Positions 8,103-16,596 are shown, counted from the stretch's first letter. The stretch: DNA of 64,000 nucleotides from a virus (IMGVR_UViG_3300037847_002819:31890-95889); one strand, 5' to 3'. Translations and numbers: made by a program. The notes: a model not told the origin generated them from the letters alone.

Positions 8103-8225
8103 ATTAATATCAATTCAATTACTTTATCATAAGGTAAGTTTCAAAGACTTACCATATGGTTGTAACTTTGAGGATTAGCGTAGCCAACCCTATATGAAAT
8201 AGGGTAATTCATAGTATTGGTTCTT

Positions 8226-8495
8226 ATGGGATTAAGCATAGAAATTGAATTAGAGAACGGGCAGTGGAGTGGGACTCTCACTATGTCTGCTTGTGAAGCC
8301 GCAAAAAACTACCAACCAGAAGTTTTACGATTTTTGGCAAAAGAGTTGAAGAAGAATAGAAGCCTAGTTATCACAACAATGCATATGCGTGATAGCAGAA
8401 TTCGAGTAAACGGAGTTTGGAATTCAGCGCAGTTGAACAGATTCTCCCGTTTCCACGACCAAATGTTTAGAGAATACAACAAAAACGAGTCGTGA
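8226..8495 (+). CDS. hypothetical protein
   Basis: CCCTATATG promoter at about 8188; hairpin terminator follows. Confidence 0.65.
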   Translation: MGLSIEIELENGQWSGTLTMSACEAAKNYQPEVLRFLAKELKKNRSLVITTMHMRDSRIRVNGVWNSAQLNRFSRFHDQMFREYNKNES

Positions 8496-8507
8496 AATTA
8501 AGAATTA

Positions 8508-8567
8508 GGGGTGTCGAATCCGGAGTTAGTTGTTTTATCCGGATTCGGCATCCCGCACCATTTTTTT
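8508..8567 (+). terminator. stem-loop plus T-tract
   Basis: GGGTGTCGAATCCGGA...TCCGGATTCGGCATCCC then T7. Confidence 0.75.
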
Positions 8568-8769
8568 AGGGTTCTCGTTCTTCACTTCGTTACCCCAAAG
8601 TCCCACTATCACCAAGAAAGATACTATTAGAGAGCGATTAGTTGAAGGTGATTTATTGATTCTAAAATATCAACACATTATTTTGGATTGTTTTCAATTG
8701 ACCGTATAAGAAATATGTATAGTCATAAAATACTCATATGATATACCATATAATATATGATGCAAAAAA

Positions 8770-9080
8770 TGTTTCCACTCAATTTTCCAACCGGAATCGG
8801 AAATAAAAATTAAGAAACTTAGGGGTTGTGCAACATAACCCCTAAGAAATTAATATTATTCTATTATTCCATTATTCCATACCATACATACACAATCCTA
8901 CCCCCTCTCTTTGATTTGCCCTCTCTCTCTATGAGATAGTGACCCCCCATTTTGAGTGGAATAATGGAATAATGCCAAACCCTCTAGAAACTCAAGGGTT
9001 GTGCAACATAACCTTGAAGTTTCTAATTCCATTATTTTTCCGAATAATTTTCCGGTGGAATAATGTATTTGAGTGAAAAT
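8770..9080. repeat. repeat/palindrome cluster, candidate replication origin or packaging site
   Basis: Two hairpins sharing the 18-mer GGGTTGTGCAACATAACC (8823, 8996); tandem ATTATTCC and inverted GGAATAAT repeats; no ORF. Confidence 0.55.
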
Positions 9081-9143
9081 TAATTATCGCTTATTAAACA
9101 CTAATTCTGAACAGGTTCGCAAGTAGCCGAAAATACAGATAAT

Positions 9144-9177
9144 TGACTCCCTTTATATGGTGTTAGCATATGGAGAG
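9144..9177 (+). promoter_or_regulatory. promoter class TGACTCCCTTTATA (copy 1)
   Basis: 29/34 nt identical to 15883-15916; contains a TTTATA TATA box. Confidence 0.75.
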
Positions 9178-9212
9178 TCTGCCCCCAAAATGGCGGGGTA
9201 GGATATGATAAT

Positions 9213-9689
9213 ATGGATGATGTAAAGTGGGACAGTATCGTTATTGAAACGAATGAATACCTAGAAACAGATGCGATTGATGGTGCGTTGAAACAAGTGG
9301 TTCAACTACACCTTGAAGTCGGTCAAAATAACCCGAATGAAAGAGATGCTGCGGCAAATGCGCTAAAGGCACTATTGAAAGGCCGTGATGGTTCACCATT
9401 TGGCCGCAAAGGTGCAAAGAGCGCAGTTCCAACAAGTGTTAGAGTAGTAATTGACCGCATTTGCGGTGTCGTTGAAGAAGCGGCAGTTAACTACTACAAC
9501 CATGATGGAATTATGGCGGCTCTTTGTCTTCGTCATGCTAAATCCGGTGGAGGACAATATGAGTCTGCTGAAGATTATGCAAAGGCACAGGCAAAGAAAG
9601 CACGAACCCAACTAAGTAAGATGTTCAAAGAACAAACTTGGGATGGGAGCGTTGAGTCGCTTTTGTCAAGTGAATCTTCTGAAGAATGA
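9213..9689 (+). CDS. hypothetical protein, paralog family P (copy 3, divergent)
   Basis: Shares KW, GA.KQV.Q, A..ALL, SP..KG, H.KSGGG.Y and WDGS motifs with copies 1 and 2. Confidence 0.85.
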   Translation: MDDVKWDSIVIETNEYLETDAIDGALKQVVQLHLEVGQNNPNERDAAANALKALLKGRDGSPFGRKGAKSAVPTSVRVVIDRICGVVEEAAVNYYNHDGIMAALCLRHAKSGGGQYESAEDYAKAQAKKARTQLSKMFKEQTWDGSVESLLSSESSEE

Positions 9690-9736
9690 ATTTAATTTAA
9701 TTCTGAAAGATTTGGTTTAACCCTAATGGGTCTTTT

Positions 9737-9776
9737 GCCCCTCACAGGAGTTCGCTCTTGTGGGGGGCTTTTTTTA
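9737..9776 (+). terminator. GC-rich hairpin with TTCG loop plus T7
   Basis: GCCCCTCACAGGAG TTCG CTCTTGTGGGGGGC TTTTTTT. Confidence 0.8.
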
Positions 9777-9821
9777 TTGTATGATAAGAGGCAATAGATT
9801 CAGATTAATTTATTAAAAAAC

Positions 9822-10004
9822 GGACTTCGGGCGACCTGACCCTCACTATAAGTAGTCCGGCCACCCTAGACAACGGTGAAAAGGGTTGTCGCACTAATCG
9901 CTCTTGACAAGCAATTGTGTGACATTCTTTCATTATGGAAGAAGTTGAGAGACATGGGGCTTTAGGAGAATATGTCTGATTTATCAGATTGTCTCTCCTT
10001 CTTC
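9822..10004 (+). ncRNA. candidate structured RNA directly upstream of the tRNA
   Basis: Consecutive stems: GGACT/AGTCC, ACCCT/AGGGT, GCAC/GTGT, GAAGAAG-GAGAGACA/TGTCTCTC-CTTCTTC. Confidence 0.4.
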
Positions 10005-10010
10005 CGCTTT

Positions 10011-10172
10011 GGGCTATTGGCGCAGTCAGGTAGCGCAACGGGCTTTTAATGAGGTTTTATCGAAGTAATAAATGAGGACTTGCTCAATTTTCGATTATGT
10101 GTTATACTTTCTCATAACTCATTTTCCTCAAAAGATACCCGTTGGTCGTGGGTTCGAACCCCACATAGCCCG
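10011..10172 (+). tRNA. tRNA-Lys(UUU) with an 88-nt intron at position 37/38 (10049-10136)
   Basis: Acceptor GGGCTAT/ATAGCCC; D-arm GCGC/GCGC; anticodon stem ACGGG/CCCGT; T-arm GTGGG-TTCGAAC-CCCAC; BHB formed by CTTT/AAAG helix with TAA and ATA bulges. Confidence 0.93.
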
Positions 10173-10263
10173 CTTATTCAAGTGTAAATTTTTACACATT
10201 TTCACCGCCTAAGAAATTGGGCGTTTTCACATTCCCTAAAAATAACAATAGGAGGAAATAAAA

Positions 10264-11697
10264 ATGATAACAGGAACAAAAGAGCAAGAAGCAATTTGGA
10301 ATGAAATAGCAAATGGCACAAGTCACATTATTGTTGACGCAGGTGCAGGTGTTGGTAAAACATTTACAATTGTTGAAGGAGCAAATAGAGACAATGGACA
10401 AAAGAAAGCATTTTTGTGTTTTAATAAATCCATTCAGAAAGAATTAGCAGAAAGACTGCCAGATGATGTGGAAGCAAAGACTTTCCATGCATTAGGTTTT
10501 GCTGCATTAAGAAGTGCTGGAATTAGAACTAAGGTCAATAATTTCAAATTGAGAAATATTATTGATGATATGCTTGGTCGTGATTTTTACGCACAACCAT
10601 TAACTAAACTAATTAGTTTGATTAAAGGTTCAATGGTTGACGGTGACGATAAGAAGTCTATTTACAGATTGATTGATGAATATAATATTGAATTCAAATC
10701 AGACCGTGAAGAGTTAATCGCTATTGATAGTATTCCAGCCATTCTTAATCAATGCAAGAGAAATACTGCTATGATTGATTTTGATGACATGATTTGGCTA
10801 CCTTTAGTATTAGATATGCCATTACCTGTTTTTGATACATTATATGTTGATGAAGCGCAAGATTTCAATGAAATGCAAAGAGAATTGATTTCTAGATGTG
10901 TTGCAAACGGCAGATGTATTATTGTGGGCGACCCTAATCAAGCAATTTATGGTTTCCGAGGAGCAGATTCAAATTCAATGGATATGTTTGTCAAGAGGCT
11001 AGAAAAAGGTGATAGAGAAATCAAGCGTTTTTCTTTGAGTTTGACTTGGAGATGTCCTAAAACAGTCGTTGCAGAAGCAAACAGATATGTCAAGAATTTT
11101 ACTTGCCGTTCTGATGCAATAGATGGAATGGTTGTTGAGAATGCACCGTTTAATCCACAGGCAAACGATATGGTTCTATGCAGATATAATGCACCTTTGG
11201 TTTCAGCGTTTTACGATTTAATTTTACAGGGCAAGTCTGCCTATGTTCTAGGTCGTGACATGACTAAAGGACTGATTAATGCAGTTAGAAAAATTACTAA
11301 GAATGATAATATGGGTTCAGAAGAGTTTTCTGAATTACTAGCACAAGACTTCAAATTTACTTATGATAAGTTGGTTGCGGCTGATAAGGTCAATCAAGCA
11401 AACAACCTTGAAGATAAGTATGAATGTTTGAAGATTTTTGCTTCTATGGCTACTACTGTTGGTGGAATTGTAAATGAAATCAAGAGAGTATTCGATAATA
11501 ATGAAGAAGGAGAGATTATGCTTTCCACTGTTCACAAGGCTAAAGGTCTTGAGGCTGATAATGTATATATCTTGGCTACGGACAGAATGCCTCATCCAAA
11601 GGCATCTAATCCTAGAGAAGAAAGAAACATTTGCTATGTAGCAATTACAAGAGCCAAAAGAAATTTGTTTTATTGTGGGCCAAAACCAAAGAATTGA
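10264..11697 (+). CDS. uvrD: UvrD/Rep-type superfamily 1 DNA helicase
   Basis: AGAGVGKT Walker A, VDEAQD, VGDPNQAIYGFRGA, TVHKAKGLE, YVAITRAK. Confidence 0.93.
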   Translation: MITGTKEQEAIWNEIANGTSHIIVDAGAGVGKTFTIVEGANRDNGQKKAFLCFNKSIQKELAERLPDDVEAKTFHALGFAALRSAGIRTKVNNFKLRNIIDDMLGRDFYAQPLTKLISLIKGSMVDGDDKKSIYRLIDEYNIEFKSDREELIAIDSIPAILNQCKRNTAMIDFDDMIWLPLVLDMPLPVFDTLYVDEAQDFNEMQRELISRCVANGRCIIVGDPNQAIYGFRGADSNSMDMFVKRLEKGDREIKRFSLSLTWRCPKTVVAEANRYVKNFTCRSDAIDGMVVENAPFNPQANDMVLCRYNAPLVSAFYDLILQGKSAYVLGRDMTKGLINAVRKITKNDNMGSEEFSELLAQDFKFTYDKLVAADKVNQANNLEDKYECLKIFASMATTVGGIVNEIKRVFDNNEEGEIMLSTVHKAKGLEADNVYILATDRMPHPKASNPREERNICYVAITRAKRNLFYCGPKPKN

Positions 11698-11708
11698 GGT
11701 GAATAAAA

Positions 11709-11909
11709 ATGAGTAAATATGGAATAATGACAAAAGCACTAGATGAATGGAGTATAACAAAGGAGGTGTTGTGGGATAGTCTGAAGAAAAGAGTAATCTT
11801 TTTGACAGACGAAACCACTGACCTTTCTAAGATTAATACAGATTATGTTGTAACTTTTACTAGTTATGCAGATTGGGCTGGGAAGTTTATGAATGGTGAT
11901 TTAAGATGA
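11709..11909 (+). CDS. hypothetical protein
   Basis: GAGGTGA RBS. Confidence 0.7.
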   Translation: MSKYGIMTKALDEWSITKEVLWDSLKKRVIFLTDETTDLSKINTDYVVTFTSYADWAGKFMNGDLR

Positions 11910-12046
11910 ATGGAAGAGAAGTAAGAATAATGCTTATGACTTGTAAAGGATGCGAAGCAACGGCAAGATACAATATTCATAGTAGTGTTGCTTTTGTTGA
12001 TGCTAGTCGTGCTTTGAAAGCAAAATGCACTTGTAAGGAGGAATAA
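11906..12046 (+). CDS. small Cys-rich protein (CKGC...CTC)
   Basis: Manually found; GGTGA RBS, ATGA overlap. Confidence 0.55.
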   Translation: MNGREVRIMLMTCKGCEATARYNIHSSVAFVDASRALKAKCTCKEE

Positions 12047-12048
12047 AT

Positions 12049-12489
12049 ATGGGATATAGAAGTGAAGTAAGTATAGTAACAAGAAAGGACAATAAAGAAT
12101 TGTGTGACATATTAAAAGCAGAATACGAGCAAGACAAGGATTTGTGGGATATATTCGAAGAAGGCACTATTAAAATGTATAATGGACAAAAGGAAGAAAT
12201 TTTGTATGTCCAATGCGATTATGTTAAATGGTATGATGGATATAAAACAGTTGATGATATTATGTCTGCAATTAGCCGTATTGAAGATGAAGAAAGTTAT
12301 GGATTCGTTAGAATAGGAGAAGAATGGAATGATGTTGAAACAATGGGTTATCCTTATGACTATGGTTTAACTATTCATAGATATGCTGAATTCAGTGCTA
12401 ATTTTTTAACAGATGAAGAAATCTGTATATGTAACAACCTAGACCATCAAACATTAAATGTTGATTGTCCGGTAAATAAGGAGGAATAA
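12049..12489 (+). CDS. hypothetical phage protein (MGYRSEV...KWY...FVRIGEE family)
   Basis: AGGAGG RBS; motif pattern common in tailed-virus hypothetical proteins. Confidence 0.75.
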   Translation: MGYRSEVSIVTRKDNKELCDILKAEYEQDKDLWDIFEEGTIKMYNGQKEEILYVQCDYVKWYDGYKTVDDIMSAISRIEDEESYGFVRIGEEWNDVETMGYPYDYGLTIHRYAEFSANFLTDEEICICNNLDHQTLNVDCPVNKEE

Positions 12490-12491
12490 AT

Positions 12492-12740
12492 ATGGTAGGA
12501 TTATGGAATATGGAAAGTAAAAGACCGGTATGTGCTTATTGTAAAATACAATCAGTAACGGATTGTGATAAAACAGGTGCGCCAATATGTTCAAAACATT
12601 CGGCAATAGTGCCTAATGGTGCAGAAGTTAATGTTTATGCAAGAAAACACGCACCAAGAAGTCACAAAAAGAAGATGGAAGCCTTAGCAATTAAGAGAGG
12701 TTTATTTAATCCGGAGGATGGTGAGCAATTTGAGTTTTGA
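12492..12740 (+). CDS. small Zn-finger protein (CAYC, C, CSKH)
   Basis: RBS; Cys/His pattern. Confidence 0.7.
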   Translation: MVGLWNMESKRPVCAYCKIQSVTDCDKTGAPICSKHSAIVPNGAEVNVYARKHAPRSHKKKMEALAIKRGLFNPEDGEQFEF

Positions 12741-13056
12741 AAAAGAATGGAATAAGAAGGCGAAGAAGATTTACAAGAACGCAGTTAATCATGGTTTTTG
12801 GAAAGATGAAGTAAATGATGGTGAAAGAATGGCATTGATTCATGCTGAAATTTCAGAAGCATTAGAGGCTTTGCGTGAAGGTAATCCTTCTTCGAATAAG
12901 ATTATGGAGTTTAGTAATCTTGAAGAAGAATTAGCAGATGCGGTAATCCGAATCATGGATTATGCTTTTGGTAAAGACTTAGATGTTGCAGGTGCTATTG
13001 TTGCTAAGATGGAATATAACGAAAGCCGTGAATTTATGCATGGTAAGACTTTTTGA
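12718..13056 (+). CDS. MazG-like nucleotide pyrophosphohydrolase
   Basis: LIHAEISEALEALR and EEELADAVIRIMD metal-binding ExxE/ExxD motifs; K..YN..R...HGK tail. Confidence 0.88.
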   Translation: MVSNLSFEKEWNKKAKKIYKNAVNHGFWKDEVNDGERMALIHAEISEALEALREGNPSSNKIMEFSNLEEELADAVIRIMDYAFGKDLDVAGAIVAKMEYNESREFMHGKTF

Positions 13057-13066
13057 GGTGATATTA

Positions 13067-13210
13067 TGCATAAATTACACAAAGAGTATTTAATTGAATG
13101 GGCTTCACAATATATTGATGATGTTACTGATTTAGAAATAAAAGGTGATGTTGTAAGATTGATTGTGGGCGGTAAATTGGTGGGTATTATTACCTATCAA
13201 AAAATATGAG
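13067..13210 (+). CDS. 47-aa hypothetical protein
   Basis: Manually found; GAGGTGA RBS. Confidence 0.55.
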
Positions 13211-13502
13211 TCCATATTCTCTCGGACTTATGTTCGGTGGGCGGATAGTAATATGAGAGAATAAGGTCACAGGGGGTTTGCTAATAAAAAGAAGACATTT
13301 AGCGATGCATCTATCTCGTTTATTGTTGATGAAGGAGTTTAGTCAAGGGTTTTCATACATACTTCGGTATTCCTTGACTCTAGCCGTATAAGCAACACAA
13401 TCTTCTTTTCCCCCGATAGCAGGTTTTCTAAGTAATAACAAGAAGTTTAATTCTATTTAGATAGTGGTAATATTACCATGACTTGTTCCCTGCGCCTTTT
13501 AG

Positions 13503-13733
13503 GTGATACTAATGAAAATAATAGATTTTTTTAGAAGATTAAGAAAAGAGCCGGTAATACCTGTTCCTAAATGTAGTAGGTGTGGTTTAGCATCATCCTA
13601 CGAAATGATGACTTCTTTCGTGCATAGCGGAGAAGTTATTGAATTCAAACTATGCGAAAGTTGTTTAGAAGAATACAACGCAAAATATAATTCGAGGTGG
13701 ATTCCACCACCCATAACAAAAAGGGAGGAATAA
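13503..13733 (+). CDS. Zn-ribbon protein (CSRC, CESC)
   Basis: AGGTGA RBS favours ATG 13512. Confidence 0.7.
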   Translation: MILMKIIDFFRRLRKEPVIPVPKCSRCGLASSYEMMTSFVHSGEVIEFKLCESCLEEYNAKYNSRWIPPPITKREE

Positions 13734-13735
13734 AA

Positions 13736-13957
13736 ATGAATATAGAAATAGAATATGGAAATACAATATACAATAATGATAAGATAGCAAAATACACTAA
13801 GTTTCAATTCGACACACTGAATGACTTAGAACAATTTTGGGTAATTAGAACAGATGAAGGCGATTGGAAGGCTGATTTGAAAAGTTTAGTAATTACTCAT
13901 CAAATGTGGGTTGATTCAAAAGAGTTTTTTATGGAAGCGGGGCGTGAAGAAGAATGA
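13736..13957 (+). CDS. hypothetical protein
   Basis: GGAGG RBS before ATG 13736. Confidence 0.65.
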   Translation: MNIEIEYGNTIYNNDKIAKYTKFQFDTLNDLEQFWVIRTDEGDWKADLKSLVITHQMWVDSKEFFMEAGREEE

Positions 13958-14259
13958 GTGAATGTTTAGAATGTCAAGGTAAAGGGTATGTTATTGAACC
14001 CGACCATCAGCACGATTGCATGATTAAGCGAGAATGTATAACTTGCATGATGGATGATAATTATAGAGAACACTTAGCCTTTGAAATGGCAAAGTTGATT
14101 AGTGGCTTGAGCAATCAGAAACTAGCGCAAACAGTGGCTAGTCTATTGGTTAATCATAGCAAATATATTAGTAACTCACAAGATTTCTTGCATGATATTG
14201 AGAATTATATTGCTCATAAGAATGTAAGTAACTTGTTTGCATTAGCGGGAGGAATTTGA
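13954..14259 (+). CDS. protein with DnaJ-like Zn motif (CLECQGKG...CITC)
   Basis: CxxCxGxG motif. Confidence 0.7.
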   Translation: MSECLECQGKGYVIEPDHQHDCMIKRECITCMMDDNYREHLAFEMAKLISGLSNQKLAQTVASLLVNHSKYISNSQDFLHDIENYIAHKNVSNLFALAGGI

Positions 14260-14511
14260 ATGAAAACGAATGTTGAATTTAGAATAGTAAATACAAGTGA
14301 ATTACCACCGATTGTAATTTCACAGAATGAAAATGATGAGCCGAAAGTTGTATTGAATACCTATCATAGAATATGGATTAGTCTTAATAGAAAGATTATT
14401 GCAGGTATTATAGATAACTTACCGGAGAAGATAGATATGATACTAACAGGCTATCTTCAAGAACAAAGACAGTTTGAAAAAGACGATTTAGAGATGATGA
14501 ATGATGGTTGA
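14260..14511 (+). CDS. hypothetical protein
   Basis: ORF with RBS, operon context. Confidence 0.7.
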   Translation: MKTNVEFRIVNTSELPPIVISQNENDEPKVVLNTYHRIWISLNRKIIAGIIDNLPEKIDMILTGYLQEQRQFEKDDLEMMNDG

Positions 14512-15772
14512 AACAATAGTAGCAAAGAGAAGTTTAGGACAAGGCCGTTGGGATAGAAAACTAATGGAAAGAATGGTTGAATTATCTGTTGCTGATAATT
14601 ATGAAGAAGCAAAAGAAGAATGGATTGCCACAGGTTCAGTTTGGTGGGGCGGTGATGAAGATGCTCCCGAATGGGTTAGAAACTCACAAATGGGAAGAGG
14701 TAAATGTCTTTGCGGTCATAGTGTAGTTTATCATTTTGAAATTGTTAATACTGAAAATGGTATTGTTGAATGTGTTGGTTCAGACCATATCAATACTTAT
14801 CTAATTATGAAAGAAATTGCTAACAGAACCGGAAGAGATATTGAAGATATTACAGAAGGTGAAATTGATACTTGGATTCAAGAGCGAACAAAAACAATGA
14901 TGGCTAAAGCATGGATGCACCAAAACGGTGAACAGTTTAATATGATATATGAAAAAATCAAAGAGGCTGATATTCTAATTAATGTTAAAGGACAACCTAA
15001 TTTGTTTTGGGATAGTAACGATAACCGTTACAGATATACTTCTGCCCTTAGAAAAAAGGGAGTTGGTTCACCAACAGATAGGTATTATCAAATGGCTTCT
15101 ATTGTTTGGCGTTGGGAACACCCTAACAACAAAAGGGCGCAATCAAGAACAAGAGGCTATCCAACAGATAAGTTGTGGCAAGATATGATTATTTTTGATG
15201 CTATGTTCACTATTAAACACAAAGAAAGGTTTGATAGTTTAATGAACCATGCTCAAGAAAGAACAGAACATTATCTTAGACAACAGGAAATAAGAAGGCA
15301 AAGAGAAGCCCAAAGGCGATTAGAATTAGAAGAAAGACAAAGAGCGTGGGAAGCCGGAAGAGAAGAAAGAGAGCGTCAAGCCGAAATCGCTAGACAAGAT
15401 AGAGAAAGGCGACAAAAGGAACAAGAAAGAAAAGCAACCGAAAGGGCTAAACTAATCCTAAGCACATCAGCAAATGAAACATTTATGCAAATGTGTATGT
15501 ATTATGGTTTAAGACCTTTTGATGTATCTTTGGCAGAAACCGCTTGGGAATATAAATTCTTATCCAGCGTTAAAACACAATTGTCCGAGAGAAGAGAATT
15601 AACAGGAAGTCAATTATCTTCATTAAAAGGAATTTGTGATAAAATGATAACTCCAGCCCAAATCAAATACTTGGAAGATTTGGGCTATTGCCCCGAAGAA
15701 AATTCGGAATGGAGAACGGGATTAACCCGAAAAGAGGCAAGTAATGAAATAGAAAGAATGAAAGAGGAATGA
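14501..15772 (+). CDS. hypothetical protein: CLCGH/CVGSDH metal site, long coiled coil, C-terminal T.AQ..Y...EAS..I domain
   Basis: Long ORF; motifs seen directly. Confidence 0.8.
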   Translation: MMVETIVAKRSLGQGRWDRKLMERMVELSVADNYEEAKEEWIATGSVWWGGDEDAPEWVRNSQMGRGKCLCGHSVVYHFEIVNTENGIVECVGSDHINTYLIMKEIANRTGRDIEDITEGEIDTWIQERTKTMMAKAWMHQNGEQFNMIYEKIKEADILINVKGQPNLFWDSNDNRYRYTSALRKKGVGSPTDRYYQMASIVWRWEHPNNKRAQSRTRGYPTDKLWQDMIIFDAMFTIKHKERFDSLMNHAQERTEHYLRQQEIRRQREAQRRLELEERQRAWEAGREERERQAEIARQDRERRQKEQERKATERAKLILSTSANETFMQMCMYYGLRPFDVSLAETAWEYKFLSSVKTQLSERRELTGSQLSSLKGICDKMITPAQIKYLEDLGYCPEENSEWRTGLTRKEASNEIERMKEE

Positions 15773-15882
15773 ATATGGGATTATTGAAAGAATTAGTAGT
15801 AGGAACAATAGCCGTAGTAGCGGCTTCAACAATGATTTGGCCTTTGGCCGCTTTAGCAATAGGGGGAGACGAGAATGAAGAA

Positions 15883-15916
15883 TGACTCCCTTTATATGCA
15901 GTCAGCACATGGAAAG
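15883..15916 (+). promoter_or_regulatory. promoter class TGACTCCCTTTATA (copy 2), drives the Ubl gene
   Basis: 29/34 nt identical to 9144-9177. Confidence 0.75.
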
Positions 15917-15936
15917 AATAAGACGGAGATGATAGA

Positions 15937-16137
15937 ATGATTAAGTTAACAATTTTGAACGAAACAGGACACACAGAATTAGTTATGGCTTCCGAAGAAG
16001 TCATTGAGCAGATTGATACACACCCTACACATTGGGTTTTCATCAATGGTGAAATGATGGCTAGAGAAGAAATAGCAGGTATTAATTGGGACACTGTTGA
16101 GTCAGTTGATTTAACGCCAGCAATCGTTGGCGGTTGA
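15937..16137 (+). CDS. ubiquitin-like (ThiS/MoaD/SAMP-type beta-grasp) protein
   Basis: 66 aa; WVFINGE and VDLTPAIVGG-stop match the ThiS/MoaD V.vNge and v.i.p.v.GG signatures. Confidence 0.8.
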   Translation: MIKLTILNETGHTELVMASEEVIEQIDTHPTHWVFINGEMMAREEIAGINWDTVESVDLTPAIVGG

Positions 16138-16168
16138 TTTTATTAACCCGACTATATTTGCGACATTT

Positions 16169-16211
16169 GGGGGGAGAATGGGGCTTAGTGCCTTGTTCTC
16201 TCCCCTTTTTG
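16169..16211 (+). terminator. hairpin plus T-tract after the Ubl gene
   Basis: GGGGGGAGAATGGGGC TTAGT GCCTTGTTCTCTCCCC TTTTTT. Confidence 0.75.
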
Positions 16212-16215
16212 CAGT

Positions 16216-16596
16216 GTGGTTAATATGAATTTGAAACATTTTATGTCTCCCGATGCTCTTAAAATTTTATTTGAACTGAATGGTTGGAATTTGACAAAAC
16301 CATTCATCCGTGATGAAGTAGCGGTTTTTACACCGGACTTCTATCCCGAAGGTTATGTTATTGGTCGTGGTAAATACGGCCAAATATACGCTTCGGGTGA
16401 AACAAAAATTCTATTCAAGGATAAGGAATATTCTTCTGTAAGTATTTTATTAGAAGAATATCCTTTCGCAGTTAATAACTTTGATGAGTGGGAATTCATC
16501 ATTGAGAAAGAGTGGGTAATTAGTAAAAAAGGTGAGTGGCTTTCATCCTTTTCAACTCTATTTGAATTACCTAAAGCCAGCAAATATAGGTGTTAA
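16216..16596 (+). CDS. hypothetical protein
   Basis: ORF; likely start ATG 16225. Confidence 0.65.
   Translation: MVNMNLKHFMSPDALKILFELNGWNLTKPFIRDEVAVFTPDFYPEGYVIGRGKYGQIYASGETKILFKDKEYSSVSILLEEYPFAVNNFDEWEFIIEKEWVISKKGEWLSSFSTLFELPKASKYRC

Larger units (their letters stand above)
4726..8192. repeat. dispersed CCATATGG-centred double-hairpin element (cores at 4726, 4771 variant, 5552, 6405, 7168, 7640, 8152)
   Basis: Palindromic core flanked on one or both sides by GGT-stem...CTTT(T)G...stem-ACC(C/T/A)TA; every copy is intergenic. Confidence 0.85.

Noticed and set aside
4726-8159. CCATATGG repeats as a CRISPR array
   Set aside because: Spacing is 45-850 nt, intervals contain genes, and only a short core is conserved
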